NCBI GenBank assembly: GCA_029260015.1
Contig: JAJDEB010000034.1
Location: 146,031 to 210,030, forward strand
Source: Phycisphaerae bacterium
GTDB taxonomy: Bacteria > Planctomycetota > Phycisphaerae > UBA1845
Length of the DNA stretch: 64,000 bases
Direction of reading: 5' to 3'
Below, piece after piece: positions 9,858 through 19,121 of this stretch. Under the pieces are notes generated by a model, which saw only the letters and a list, made by a program, of their open reading frames with translations, was not told where the DNA came from and did no database searches. The position numbers and the translations under genes were made by a program. Each line of letters begins with the position of its first letter. The stretch's first letter is position 1.

Positions 9858-11573
9858 GTGTCCGAAAGCAGTCAATTGAAAGTCTTATGCATGCTCACCG
9901 TTGATCAGAGCGAATCAAAAACCAAATCTTGGCTTTGTCAGAGTGCAAATCCTTGGAAGCGATCAGCAGTCGTCAACAGTGCCGTATTCTGGATGGTCGG
10001 TGTCGCAGCGATTGGTGGATTGTATTATCTGCTCAAACCGAACGCGACTACCTCGGCAGCCGCCGAAGCCCATAAGGTTGAGCGGCGATCGTTTTCGGTG
10101 ACCCTCAATGAAAAGGGAGAGTTGGACGCCAAGAAGTCGACAGATGTCAAGGTCGAAGTCGAGGGGCGATCAACCGTCATCTGGTTGATTGAAGAAGGGT
10201 CCCAAGTTGAAGAGGGTGACCTCATTGCCCGCATTGCCAGCAACGAAATCGAAGAGAAAATTCAAACTGAAGATATCAAAGCGCAGAACGCCAAGGCGGC
10301 GGCTGAGGCGGCAGATCAACAGTTCGAGATCATGCTTGATCAAAACGCCAGTGACATTCGCAAGGCTCGGTTGGCATTGAGAAATGCAGAGATCGAAGAG
10401 AAGAAATACCTCGAAGGCGATTCGGTCCAGATGCTGAACGCCAAGGAAAATGCACTTCGGACGGCGCAGATCAGACTTGAACAAGCTCAGGATGTCTTGA
10501 AGGATTCCAAGGCACTCAACGAGAAGGGACACCTGAGCAAACTTGACTACGAACGCGATGTCCTTTCGGAAATCGAAGCCACGGATGCAGTCGAAGCCGC
10601 CAAGCTCGATTTGCGAACGTACAAGCTCTACACGATGCCGAAGGAAATGGCGCAGAAACGATCGGATGTGGATGAGGCCCAAAAAGATCTTGATCGAACA
10701 ATCAAGAAAGCTGAAGCCACCGAGATGAAGGATCGCGCTCAGACAGCGGCCAAGCATTCCGAGTACGGGCTGGTTCAAGAACGACTCGACAAACTTCGTG
10801 AACAACAAGTGAAAACGGAACTTCGCGCCCCCGCTGCTGGAATGGTCGTTTATGACACCGGACCGAATCGGTGGAATCGACGCGAGATTTCTGAAGGTGC
10901 AGAGGTTATCGAACGACAGACGATCGTGAAGCTTCCGGACCCATCACAAATGATCGTCAAGCTTCGCATCCACGAAGCCAAAACGAGTTTGATCGCAGTT
11001 GGGCAGCAGTCCAAGATAGAAGTCGAGGGCATCCCCGGAGTTGTTTTTGACGGGACGGTGGTGAAGATTGCCCCCCTTGCAGATTCGCAGAACAACTGGC
11101 TTAACCCCGACATGAAGGAATACGCCACGGAAATCGAGTTGGATGCCAGCAATCACGAATTGAAACCGGGAGTGACTGCCCGGGTGGATATTCTCGTGCG
11201 CGATGTTATTGACGTCTTGTCGGTTCCGGTGCAAGCCGTCTACAGCGTGGGCGAGCGGCGTTTTGTTTTCGTTGGGCGAACACAAGACGAGGCTAAGCCA
11301 CAGGAGATCACCGTCGGATCAGCCAATGATACGTTTGTTGAAGTGAGCAGCGGGATCACTGAAGGTCAATGGGTGCTGATGGCAGTTGACGACACCCCCC
11401 TTGCACAATTGCCGGATATGCAAGAGGACGCCGATAGTGCCGACCAACCGCAATCGCAACAGAAGCCTAAAGGAAAAGGCAACCGAAAGAATCGCGGTCC
11501 CAAGGACATGAAAGGGCGAACCGCAAAGCATTCCGATGAATCGGTTGTGACCAAGAAGCAGGACGAGTCGTGA
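9858..11573 (+). CDS. HlyD/MacA-type periplasmic adaptor (membrane fusion protein)
   Basis: There is one N-terminal TM helix (AVFWMVGVAAIGGLYYLL). A long E/K/A/Q coiled-coil hairpin follows. Barrel blocks LRAPAAGMVVY, VKLRIHEA and PGVTARVDILV are present. The exact start is uncertain; an alternative ATG lies at 9889. Confidence 0.8.
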   Translation: MSESSQLKVLCMLTVDQSESKTKSWLCQSANPWKRSAVVNSAVFWMVGVAAIGGLYYLLKPNATTSAAAEAHKVERRSFSVTLNEKGELDAKKSTDVKVEVEGRSTVIWLIEEGSQVEEGDLIARIASNEIEEKIQTEDIKAQNAKAAAEAADQQFEIMLDQNASDIRKARLALRNAEIEEKKYLEGDSVQMLNAKENALRTAQIRLEQAQDVLKDSKALNEKGHLSKLDYERDVLSEIEATDAVEAAKLDLRTYKLYTMPKEMAQKRSDVDEAQKDLDRTIKKAEATEMKDRAQTAAKHSEYGLVQERLDKLREQQVKTELRAPAAGMVVYDTGPNRWNRREISEGAEVIERQTIVKLPDPSQMIVKLRIHEAKTSLIAVGQQSKIEVEGIPGVVFDGTVVKIAPLADSQNNWLNPDMKEYATEIELDASNHELKPGVTARVDILVRDVIDVLSVPVQAVYSVGERRFVFVGRTQDEAKPQEITVGSANDTFVEVSSGITEGQWVLMAVDDTPLAQLPDMQEDADSADQPQSQQKPKGKGNRKNRGPKDMKGRTAKHSDESVVTKKQDES

Positions 11574-12334
11574 CGAAAATCGAATCCTCCGCCAGCAATT
11601 CGTTACCTGCCATAACGACTCCGGCTATTCCAAACCAATCCAAAACCAGTGTAATCGCATCCGTTCGAGACTTGGTGAAGACTTACCGCAAGCCCGGTGC
11701 GTCGGTAGCAGTGCATGCAATTCGGTCAGTCTCAATCGATTTTATTGAAGGCCAATCCGTAGCCATTTGCGGTGCCAGCGGATCAGGCAAAAGCACGATG
11801 CTCAATATCCTCGGTTGCCTTGATCGACCGACGCAAGGCGAATACTTCCTTAGTGGAACCGATGTCTCTGAATTTGACGACGACGGCCTCTCGCAGATTC
11901 GGGGGGAGCGCATCGGTTTTGTGTTTCAAAGCTTCAACTTGATTCAGCAGCTTACAGTGCTGGAAAATCTGGAGGTCCCGCTTTTCTATCAAGGCGTTTC
12001 CCCATCTGAAAGGAAGGAGCAAGCCGAGAAACTCATCGAACGCGTAGGACTGGCGGATCGGGCTGATCATCGCCCGATGGAGTTATCCGGTGGCCAGCAA
12101 CAACGGGCGGCGATCGCCCGCGCACTGATCAACAATCCCGTCATCATCCTCGCCGACGAACCCACAGGAAACCTCGATACAACCACAGGTGATATGATTT
12201 TGGAGATTTTCGACGAACTGCGTGCGGAAGGACGAACGGTCATCATGGTCACGCACGAACCAGATGTGGCAGAACGGTGCGACCGCATCATTACGATGCG
12301 AGACGGTAAAGTCATCGAAGACATTCGCAGTTGA
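11570..12334 (+). CDS. ABC transporter ATP-binding protein, MacB/LolD type (ATPase only)
   Basis: Motifs seen: Walker A GASGSGKST, block LNILGCLDRPTQGEY, signature LSGGQQQRAAIARAL, Walker B ILADEPTGNLD, H-loop VTHE. The GTG start overlaps the upstream stop (GTGA). Confidence 0.9.
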   Translation: MTKIESSASNSLPAITTPAIPNQSKTSVIASVRDLVKTYRKPGASVAVHAIRSVSIDFIEGQSVAICGASGSGKSTMLNILGCLDRPTQGEYFLSGTDVSEFDDDGLSQIRGERIGFVFQSFNLIQQLTVLENLEVPLFYQGVSPSERKEQAEKLIERVGLADRADHRPMELSGGQQQRAAIARALINNPVIILADEPTGNLDTTTGDMILEIFDELRAEGRTVIMVTHEPDVAERCDRIITMRDGKVIEDIRS

Positions 12335-12345
12335 CGGATTGTATG

Positions 12346-12720
12346 TTACGCCTGAGTCGCCACCATTGCCCTATTCAACGCTTTCTTGACCCCCTCCCGA
12401 TCAAATGGCTTAACCACATAATCGACGGCTCCAAGCTTGACGGCTTGCATGAGCGAACTTCGTTGGTCGATCGCTGAGATAACCAGAACGCGCGCCTTTG
12501 GGTCGATCTTGCGAATCTGTTCGAGTGCTTCCAGCCCCCCCATCTTCGGCATGACCAAATCAAGCGTGACCAGATCAGGATGATGCTTCTGATATGCATC
12601 AACTGCCTCACCTCCGTCACCGGCTTCGGCGACAATCTCACAATCCATCTCGACGAGGATTTGCTTGATCATGTGTCGCATGAACGCTGCATCATCGACG
12701 ACTAGAACTTGGGTTGCCAC
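12346..12720 (-). CDS. cheY: CheY-like single-domain response regulator
   Basis: The 124-aa protein has VLVVDDAAFMR (acidic pair), VTLDLVMPKMGG (phospho-Asp), VISA and VVKPF (Lys). Confidence 0.9.
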   Translation of the reverse strand: MATQVLVVDDAAFMRHMIKQILVEMDCEIVAEAGDGGEAVDAYQKHHPDLVTLDLVMPKMGGLEALEQIRKIDPKARVLVISAIDQRSSLMQAVKLGAVDYVVKPFDREGVKKALNRAMVATQA

Positions 12721-12759
12721 GGCATGACCTCCTTTAGAGGGTCTGGATTTAGAGTGGGC

Positions 12760-13227
12760 CTAGAGAATGGTTGCCTCTTGACCGATTTTCTGAACTTCAA
12801 CTTCGCCCGTTTCGGGATTCAGACACATCCGTCGCCCTTTGTTTCCGCCAACTTCGCTCGCGACCAGTTGAATCTTGTGTTTTTCCAGGCGTTCTTTGAC
12901 AGCTTGAGCGTTGCGAGACCCGATGCCCGAATCTGCGCCATCGCCAAACATCGCTGCGCCGCCGGCAATCTTGGCGGTCAGCCGATTTTGCCTTGCACCT
13001 GCTGCGAGGACGCGCTCGAGAAGTGCATCGACACCAGTGTCTGCAAACTTCCCGGGAGACTCAGTCGGTCCGGTGGCGGCGGGCAACATGATGTGAGCCA
13101 TCCCACCGACTCCGGCATCGATATCTACGACGGCGATTCCGATGCAGGACCCGAGAACAGTTCGAATCTGATCCGGACGCTTGATCGCATTGATCCCGGC
13201 GATTCCCAGTTTGTGTGTGATACCCAT
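12760..13227 (-). CDS. cheD: CheD chemoreceptor glutamine deamidase
   Basis: Blocks RTVLGSCIGIAVVDIDAGVGGMAHIMLP and AKIAGGAAMF are present. I moved the start from 13314 to the ATG at 13227 (MGITHKL...), which lies 7 nt after the cheC stop and removes an 80-nt overlap. Confidence 0.85.
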   Translation of the reverse strand: MGITHKLGIAGINAIKRPDQIRTVLGSCIGIAVVDIDAGVGGMAHIMLPAATGPTESPGKFADTGVDALLERVLAAGARQNRLTAKIAGGAAMFGDGADSGIGSRNAQAVKERLEKHKIQLVASEVGGNKGRRMCLNPETGEVEVQKIGQEATIL

Positions 13228-13234
13228 TGCGCGT

Positions 13235-14431
13235 TTACTCGCACATCTTTCGGATTTGATCCATCGCTTGTGGCGACGGGACCAACAGAAAAATCCAATC
13301 CAACCAATGTCCATCCATCAGAAAATCGGTTCGCGTAAAAAGTACCGAATCGCTGACCTTCGCCTGCTCCAGGAGGATCGGGGCTACAACTGCCGCCGCC
13401 AAATCGAACTGATATTGCGGAGCCTGCGGAGTGGCCGATACACCAAGCCATGAGCACAGGCTGTTGACATATGAACTGCTGACGATGTTAGCCGTTTCCT
13501 GTAAGCATGATCGCCCCGCATCGTCCAGTTGCTTCGACGTTCCCATGGGTTGACCCATCAGCAAATCAATCAACGACAATGCGACTGGTTCAGCGAACGC
13601 AAGTAACGATTCTGCCAGAAACCCTCCGGTCACATTCATGCGCAGTGCTGCCACCGGTTCTTCCGGATTGCCCAGCATGCTTTCGAGTTCATCTAAGGGA
13701 ACATCCACGAAACCATCGGTGCGAAGGCGAACGCTTGCCCCAAACCACTTCGACAGTGCTTGCGATGCATTCATCGCCCCACTGGCTGCGACACTATTGA
13801 TCACGCTTTCAAAGCGCTCGAATTGATCGCTTTCGCATCGCTTCGCAATCAATGCACTTGATTTAGGGGATGGCAACAAGAACAGCCCCCACTCCAACCA
13901 AAGCTTGTCCATAAGAAAATCGGTGCGGGCGAGCAATATCTCGTCACTGACCGATGCCTGCTCAACAAGAGTCGGCTCAACTGTGGCGCAAGCCATGTCG
14001 TGCAAGACTACCGGAGGGCCGGGGGCGGCTGTCACACCGAGCCACCCGACCAATCCATTCATCATGGCGCTGCCCACGATGTTGCCGGTTTCCTGAATAC
14101 ACGACAGTTCCATTTCGCCGATTGAAGTTGTTGTCCCGGGCGGCTGCTGCATTAAGAGATCGCAAAGCGTCATCGCCACTTCTTCGGGCATCGTCAGCAG
14201 AATGTCACCCGTGATTTCGCCATCGATTGGCATCCGAACCGCGACGACGATTCGTTCCGGTTCGCCTATCGCCGCATTCAGCGATTCAAACGGAACGGAT
14301 TCAAAACCGTCGCTCGTGACGCGCACGCCGCGGCCAAACCACTTGCTCAAAGCAGTGGAGGCTTCAGCCGCACCATGAACTGCGACTTTGCCCAAGGCAT
14401 TCAAGACGGGAGCGTCGGATACAAGTGTCAT
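13235..14431 (-). CDS. cheC: Tandem-duplicated CheC-family phosphatase (two CheC-like halves in one polypeptide)
   Basis: Two halves of about 195 aa align to each other (ALSKWFGRGVRVTSDGFESVPFE... versus ALSKWFGASVRLRTDGFVDVPLD...). Each half carries one S-x3-E-x2-N site (SCIQETGN and SCLQETAN). The ATG at 14431 overlaps the cheA stop (TAATG). Confidence 0.8.
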   Translation of the reverse strand: MTLVSDAPVLNALGKVAVHGAAEASTALSKWFGRGVRVTSDGFESVPFESLNAAIGEPERIVVAVRMPIDGEITGDILLTMPEEVAMTLCDLLMQQPPGTTTSIGEMELSCIQETGNIVGSAMMNGLVGWLGVTAAPGPPVVLHDMACATVEPTLVEQASVSDEILLARTDFLMDKLWLEWGLFLLPSPKSSALIAKRCESDQFERFESVINSVAASGAMNASQALSKWFGASVRLRTDGFVDVPLDELESMLGNPEEPVAALRMNVTGGFLAESLLAFAEPVALSLIDLLMGQPMGTSKQLDDAGRSCLQETANIVSSSYVNSLCSWLGVSATPQAPQYQFDLAAAVVAPILLEQAKVSDSVLFTRTDFLMDGHWLDWIFLLVPSPQAMDQIRKMCE

Positions 14432-17400
14432 TATGTACACGCCCCGACAGCAGCAGGTATTTGGGCATTTGCTTCGTTTTCCCGAACCATGTCGAGCATT
14501 GTCGCCACGTCCAAGATTAGCGATACCGTCCCGTCGCCCATGATCGAGGCGCCGGCGAATCCTCGTATATTCTGGAAATTATCGGAAAGACTCTTGATGA
14601 CGATGTCGTCCTGGCCGAGCAGTTGATCGACGGACAAACCAATGCGATTTTCTTCGGTACCGATGATACAAAGCGTCATTTCGTCGGCACTGGATGATGT
14701 GGTCCTAAGATTCTTGCGTTCGGTCGTGAACACGCCTTCAAGTTCGACGATTGGAATCACCTTATCGCGCACTCGAACCACGCGCTGCTTCTGAACATGT
14801 TGTAACTCGGCAGCATGTACGGTGATGATTTCGGCGACTGAATCGATCGGTATGACATAAACTCCGCTACCAATCTTGACGAGAAGCCCGTTGATGATTG
14901 CCAGTGTTAGTGGCAGGCGGATAGTAACTTTCGTCCCTTCGCCCGGAATCGAATCGACATCGATGGTACCGCTCAATGCATTGAGCTTGGTCATGACGAT
15001 GTCCATGCCCATTCCGCGACCGGATAGATCCGACACTTCCTTTGCTGTCGAAAAACCAGGTTGGAAGATCAGTTGGATGAGGTCCTTGGGCGTCGCTTGT
15101 TCGGCTTGCTGCGGGGTCAACAGTTCCTTTTCAATCGCTTTTTTTCGCACAGATTCGTGATCAATTCCGCGACCGTCATCGCGTACTTCAATGCAAATCG
15201 AGTTACCGGCATGGTAGGCTTCCATCGTGATCGTGGCGGATTCGTCTTTATTTGCTGCTATTCGATCTTCCGGAAGTTCGATGCCATGATCAACCGAGTT
15301 TCGCACCATATGAGTCAATGGATCGCCCAACTCGTCGATCATACGCTTGTCCAGTTCGGTGTTTTCACCGACGAGTACCAGATTGATTTTCTTGCCCTTG
15401 GCTTTACACAGATCTCTGACAACTCTGCGGAACCGAGTGAATAGCGGACCAACAGCCACCATTCGTGTATCCATGATGCCTTTTTGCAATCCGTCTGAAA
15501 CAAGACCGAGGGCATGAACAGACTCCGCGAATTCATGATATTGACTGCGGGCATCGATGACCCGTCGGGCGATTGCGCCGTATGGCTCAAAACTTTCCCG
15601 AAGTTGCTGAACCATGCGGCTCATCTCTGCGAGTCCCGATCGGCCGCTCGTCACGGCTTCATTTTCAACTGCGTCTTGTAAACGCAGCAAATTGTCATTC
15701 ATCTCTTCAGCTTGAAATGCCGTGCCTACTCCTTCAAACACACTTGAAAAACCGGCTTGGATTTGGTTCAACCGTGCCCGGCAGATGACCAATTCACCTC
15801 CGAGATTCATGAGTTGATCGAGTCGTTCGATGTCGACGCGAACGGTCTCACCCGATCGAACCGACGTCGCCTGCGTTCTTGGTTGCGTTGGTTCTTTTGA
15901 CTCTGGCGCGTTCGCGCTGATGGATGGCGGATGTGTTGCGACGACTGGCGGAATCGATTCAGCGTTTGGCGGGCTTATGGTGTTCAACGCGGCGGGTGTT
16001 TTGTGATCGGTTGCAGAAGGTTGCACCGAGGCGTTTTTTTTCGCTGGCACCTTAACGACTGTCTTGGGAATCTCAGGCAACTCACTGACGTTCTCGGATG
16101 GCGTAGATTGTTCATCACCTGGCCCTGGTGCGATGTCATCGCAGCCGGAGTCCTCGGTCTTACAAGAATCACCACCTGTGTTCGCAGGGTCTGAAAGCCT
16201 CTGGGGCGCGCCCTCAATGCGAACAGTTTGGACCTCGAATCTTGCGACAATTTCTTTGAGCTCGTCGGCAGGGACATCTGACGTCACTTCAATTTCGATA
16301 TGGTGGGCCGACTCGTCATCACCGAGGTTTTCAACATCGGGCGTGCAGCGATGGACCACACCGATCTCTTTGATCCGATTCAGAATCAGAAACGCCTGAA
16401 TCTCCGCATCCATCGAATCGGGAGCAAAATCGAGAGTAACAGTGAGCACGTCGGACGAATCGTGGTCGCATTCGAAATCGCCGCTGCTAACAGATTCGCT
16501 CAGCTTCGCAGATTCGCCTGTAGCCTGTGATTCGTCACCACTCCATGTTTCAAAAAGTCCGTCACGAACGGTGGAGTCAATTCCTGTGTACTTGTTGTTG
16601 CGAACTCCTTCCACCACCTCGCGAAGAATGTCTGCCCCTTTGAAAAGCGCCGACATCAGGCTGTCGTTTAGATCGATCGCATCACTTCTGACCTGATCGA
16701 GAACGGATTCCATTCCGTGGGTGAATCGGTAGGCATCGTCAAGTCCGACCGCTCCGCACGCCCCTTTGATATTGTGGGCCATGCGAAAGACTTCCTGGAT
16801 CAGCTCGATTTCACCTTGGCCCTGCTCCATCTTGAGCAGCGATTCATTCAGATGATCGATCGACTCCATTGTGGATTCGATAAACAGCGTGCGAAGTTCT
16901 TCATCTGGGATGACTTCTTGAATATCGATCGGACTGATTGCTTCATCGTTCTCGTCAGTGGTTGAATCATTTTCGGATTCTGAGACGTATTCTTGAGATG
17001 GGTTGTTGTCTGGTGGCATGGTGGTCGCATCTTTCTTTACCTGTTCCGAGCCTTGTAATTCCTGATCGAGCTTTTCCAACGTCGGTGCGATGTCGACACC
17101 ACCAATCGCGTTCTCGCTCAGTTCGTTGATTAACCGCTGAAGGCAATCAAACACCGAAAACAACGTTTCAAACTTACTAGGGTCCAGCGAGGCCTGCCCC
17201 ATTCGAATCCGATCGAATAATGTCTCCATTCGATGTGTGACTTCTTTGATGTTGTCGAAGCCCATCGTGGCGGCGAGCCCTTTGAGACTGTGAGCCGCGC
17301 GGAACATTTCGTTCATCCACTCGACGCGCTCAGGCGTATCAAGCGCTATCGGACCGCCATCTGCGCTGTCTTCAAACGCGAGCAGATCGGAGTTCAAATG

Positions 17401-17472
17401 TTCCATGTACTCCTCGGCTTCATCCAGAAAACCAGCCAAGAATTCGGGGGTGACGTCTACGGTTCCACTCAT
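14431..17472 (-). CDS. cheA: CheA histidine kinase with two Hpt domains
   Basis: Hpt1 reads FRAAHSLKGLAATMGF (His61) and Hpt2 reads FRMAHNIKGACGAVGL (His233). A long acidic/Pro-rich linker follows. Kinase boxes are HMVRNSVDHG, DDGRGID and GRGMGMD. The C-terminus is a CheW-like domain, and there is no receiver domain. Confidence 0.9.
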   Translation of the reverse strand: MSGTVDVTPEFLAGFLDEAEEYMEHLNSDLLAFEDSADGGPIALDTPERVEWMNEMFRAAHSLKGLAATMGFDNIKEVTHRMETLFDRIRMGQASLDPSKFETLFSVFDCLQRLINELSENAIGGVDIAPTLEKLDQELQGSEQVKKDATTMPPDNNPSQEYVSESENDSTTDENDEAISPIDIQEVIPDEELRTLFIESTMESIDHLNESLLKMEQGQGEIELIQEVFRMAHNIKGACGAVGLDDAYRFTHGMESVLDQVRSDAIDLNDSLMSALFKGADILREVVEGVRNNKYTGIDSTVRDGLFETWSGDESQATGESAKLSESVSSGDFECDHDSSDVLTVTLDFAPDSMDAEIQAFLILNRIKEIGVVHRCTPDVENLGDDESAHHIEIEVTSDVPADELKEIVARFEVQTVRIEGAPQRLSDPANTGGDSCKTEDSGCDDIAPGPGDEQSTPSENVSELPEIPKTVVKVPAKKNASVQPSATDHKTPAALNTISPPNAESIPPVVATHPPSISANAPESKEPTQPRTQATSVRSGETVRVDIERLDQLMNLGGELVICRARLNQIQAGFSSVFEGVGTAFQAEEMNDNLLRLQDAVENEAVTSGRSGLAEMSRMVQQLRESFEPYGAIARRVIDARSQYHEFAESVHALGLVSDGLQKGIMDTRMVAVGPLFTRFRRVVRDLCKAKGKKINLVLVGENTELDKRMIDELGDPLTHMVRNSVDHGIELPEDRIAANKDESATITMEAYHAGNSICIEVRDDGRGIDHESVRKKAIEKELLTPQQAEQATPKDLIQLIFQPGFSTAKEVSDLSGRGMGMDIVMTKLNALSGTIDVDSIPGEGTKVTIRLPLTLAIINGLLVKIGSGVYVIPIDSVAEIITVHAAELQHVQKQRVVRVRDKVIPIVELEGVFTTERKNLRTTSSSADEMTLCIIGTEENRIGLSVDQLLGQDDIVIKSLSDNFQNIRGFAGASIMGDGTVSLILDVATMLDMVRENEANAQIPAAVGACT

Positions 17473-17497
17473 TGCTGACGATCCTTAATCACTTGAT

Positions 17498-18352
17498 TCA
17501 TGCCGCAGACGGTGCGTCGGTGCGCCGATAAATAAACGGTTTGACGTATTCGATTTGCGGGAAATCATTCAGATTCATCATCGATCTGATGGGGTCCACA
17601 TCACCCGCATACAACAGCCCACCAGTGTTCATCGAGGCGGCGACATTGGACACGACCTTGATCTTCATCGGTGTGTCGAAGTACATCATCACATTGCGAA
17701 GCAGCACCAGGTCAAATTTTTGCTTCATGGCGTCGCGCAGATTGTGAAACTTGAATTGGGCCATGCTTCGGATTTCCTGACGAAGCTGATAATGATCGTC
17801 GGCAACTTTCTTGAAGTTAGTCTTGATGCGATTGGGCGAGCACTTTGAAACCGCGTATTCGTTATAGATTCCTTCGCGGGCAATATCGAGTACGCGCGAA
17901 CTGATGTCGGTTCCAACAATGGTCAGTCGCCAATCGCGAAGTTTGTTACGCATCTCGTTGAGGCAAATAGCGATGCTGTATGCCTCCGCTCCACTACTGC
18001 ACGCAGCGCTCCAGACAGCCAGACTCTTTTGCTTGGCCTTCAATTCCATGAGGTCCGTCAGCAGTTCACCGGAGACCAAGTCCCACAGCTTCGCATTTCG
18101 AAAGAAGTAGGTTTCGTTGGTGGTGACTGCTGACAAGAAATGCGGGAACTCCTCTTCAAATGCGGAGCCGCCTTTCGTCATCAGATCGTAATAGGCCATG
18201 AATCCTGGCAACTTCAACGCACGAAGCCTCTTGCGCAGACGATTGCTGACCAAGGCGAGCTTCTCTTCAGGAATAAATATGCCGGTCCGTTCATAGATGA
18301 ACTTGGTCACCAGTTTGAATTCTCGCGGAGTCAGTTGTTGGACAGTTGACAT
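17498..18352 (-). CDS. cheR: CheR chemoreceptor glutamate methyltransferase
   Basis: The CheR N-terminal helical block is FKLVTKFIYERTGI. The SAM-binding block is VWSAACSSGAEAYSIAI. The length is 284 aa. Confidence 0.9.
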   Translation of the reverse strand: MSTVQQLTPREFKLVTKFIYERTGIFIPEEKLALVSNRLRKRLRALKLPGFMAYYDLMTKGGSAFEEEFPHFLSAVTTNETYFFRNAKLWDLVSGELLTDLMELKAKQKSLAVWSAACSSGAEAYSIAICLNEMRNKLRDWRLTIVGTDISSRVLDIAREGIYNEYAVSKCSPNRIKTNFKKVADDHYQLRQEIRSMAQFKFHNLRDAMKQKFDLVLLRNVMMYFDTPMKIKVVSNVAASMNTGGLLYAGDVDPIRSMMNLNDFPQIEYVKPFIYRRTDAPSAA

Positions 18353-18384
18353 TATTTTCCTCAGCCGGTTTGGAGTAAACGCAA

Positions 18385-18885
18385 TTATGCAGAAAGATTT
18401 GCCGGTATTTCTTGCTCAAGCAATGCCTCGATCTGCAGCAAGATCAACAGTTTTTGCTCGAGCTTCACGAGCCCTTGGATATACGCTTGGTCCAAGGTTC
18501 CAAAGGTTGAGGGCGGATCAATTTGACTGGACGATATTCGCAGCACTTCGCTTACCGAATCCACCACGATACCAACTGTGCGATTGCCCAACTCTGTCAC
18601 GATGATGCGGGATTCGTCACTCTGTTCTGTCACGGTTAATCCGAAGCGCATTCTTAAATCGATGACCGGAATGATGCTTCCACGCAGATTGATCAGTCCG
18701 CGAATGAACTCCGGAACTTGCAACAGTTCGGTCATGCGGCCGGGCAAGATAATCTCTTGCACGCACATGATGTCGATACCGTACTCCTCTCCTGCCAACC
18801 GGAATCCGACGATTTGCAAGCCATCTTCCAAAACAACATCAGAAGGATTGCGGGTCTCTGGTGGCGCTAATGTGGCTTGGTTCAT
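18385..18885 (-). CDS. cheW: CheW coupling protein
   Basis: The block IVGFRLAGEEYGIDIMCVQEII...LINLRGSIIPVIDL is present. I moved the start to the ATG at 18885 because AAGGAG lies 8 nt upstream of it on the coding strand. The track start at 18957 has no such site. Confidence 0.85.
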   Translation of the reverse strand: MNQATLAPPETRNPSDVVLEDGLQIVGFRLAGEEYGIDIMCVQEIILPGRMTELLQVPEFIRGLINLRGSIIPVIDLRMRFGLTVTEQSDESRIIVTELGNRTVGIVVDSVSEVLRISSSQIDPPSTFGTLDQAYIQGLVKLEQKLLILLQIEALLEQEIPANLSA

Positions 18886-19121
18886 GCTTGAAACTCCTTG
18901 GCGCAGACGCATTGCAAATTTAGTGGCCGGTTCCGGAATTCTTGGCGTGCGGTTCAATCAGATGCATCACCAGTAATCAGGTCGCCGCTATGCCATCGGG
19001 AAATGTTGCGCCCTTCTTCATGCCAATAGGTGACACGCGTAGGCAGTATGATCGCCTTCACCGGAGATGAACGTGCGGATCAGTAGGAGCGAAGGGTAAA
19101 GATTAGATATAACAAATTCGG

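Noticed and set aside
10170-10808. A 212-aa minus-strand ORF in the MacA-like gene, plus similar shadow ORFs (12709..13338 +, 19593..20183 +, 30431..31012 +, 39008..39589 -, 55084..55521 -)
   Set aside because: All are embedded in genes with clear family motifs on the other strand or in another frame, and none has a motif of its own. For 10170..10808 I confirmed the codon-aligned antisense phase. I treated the rest as shadow ORFs by composition.
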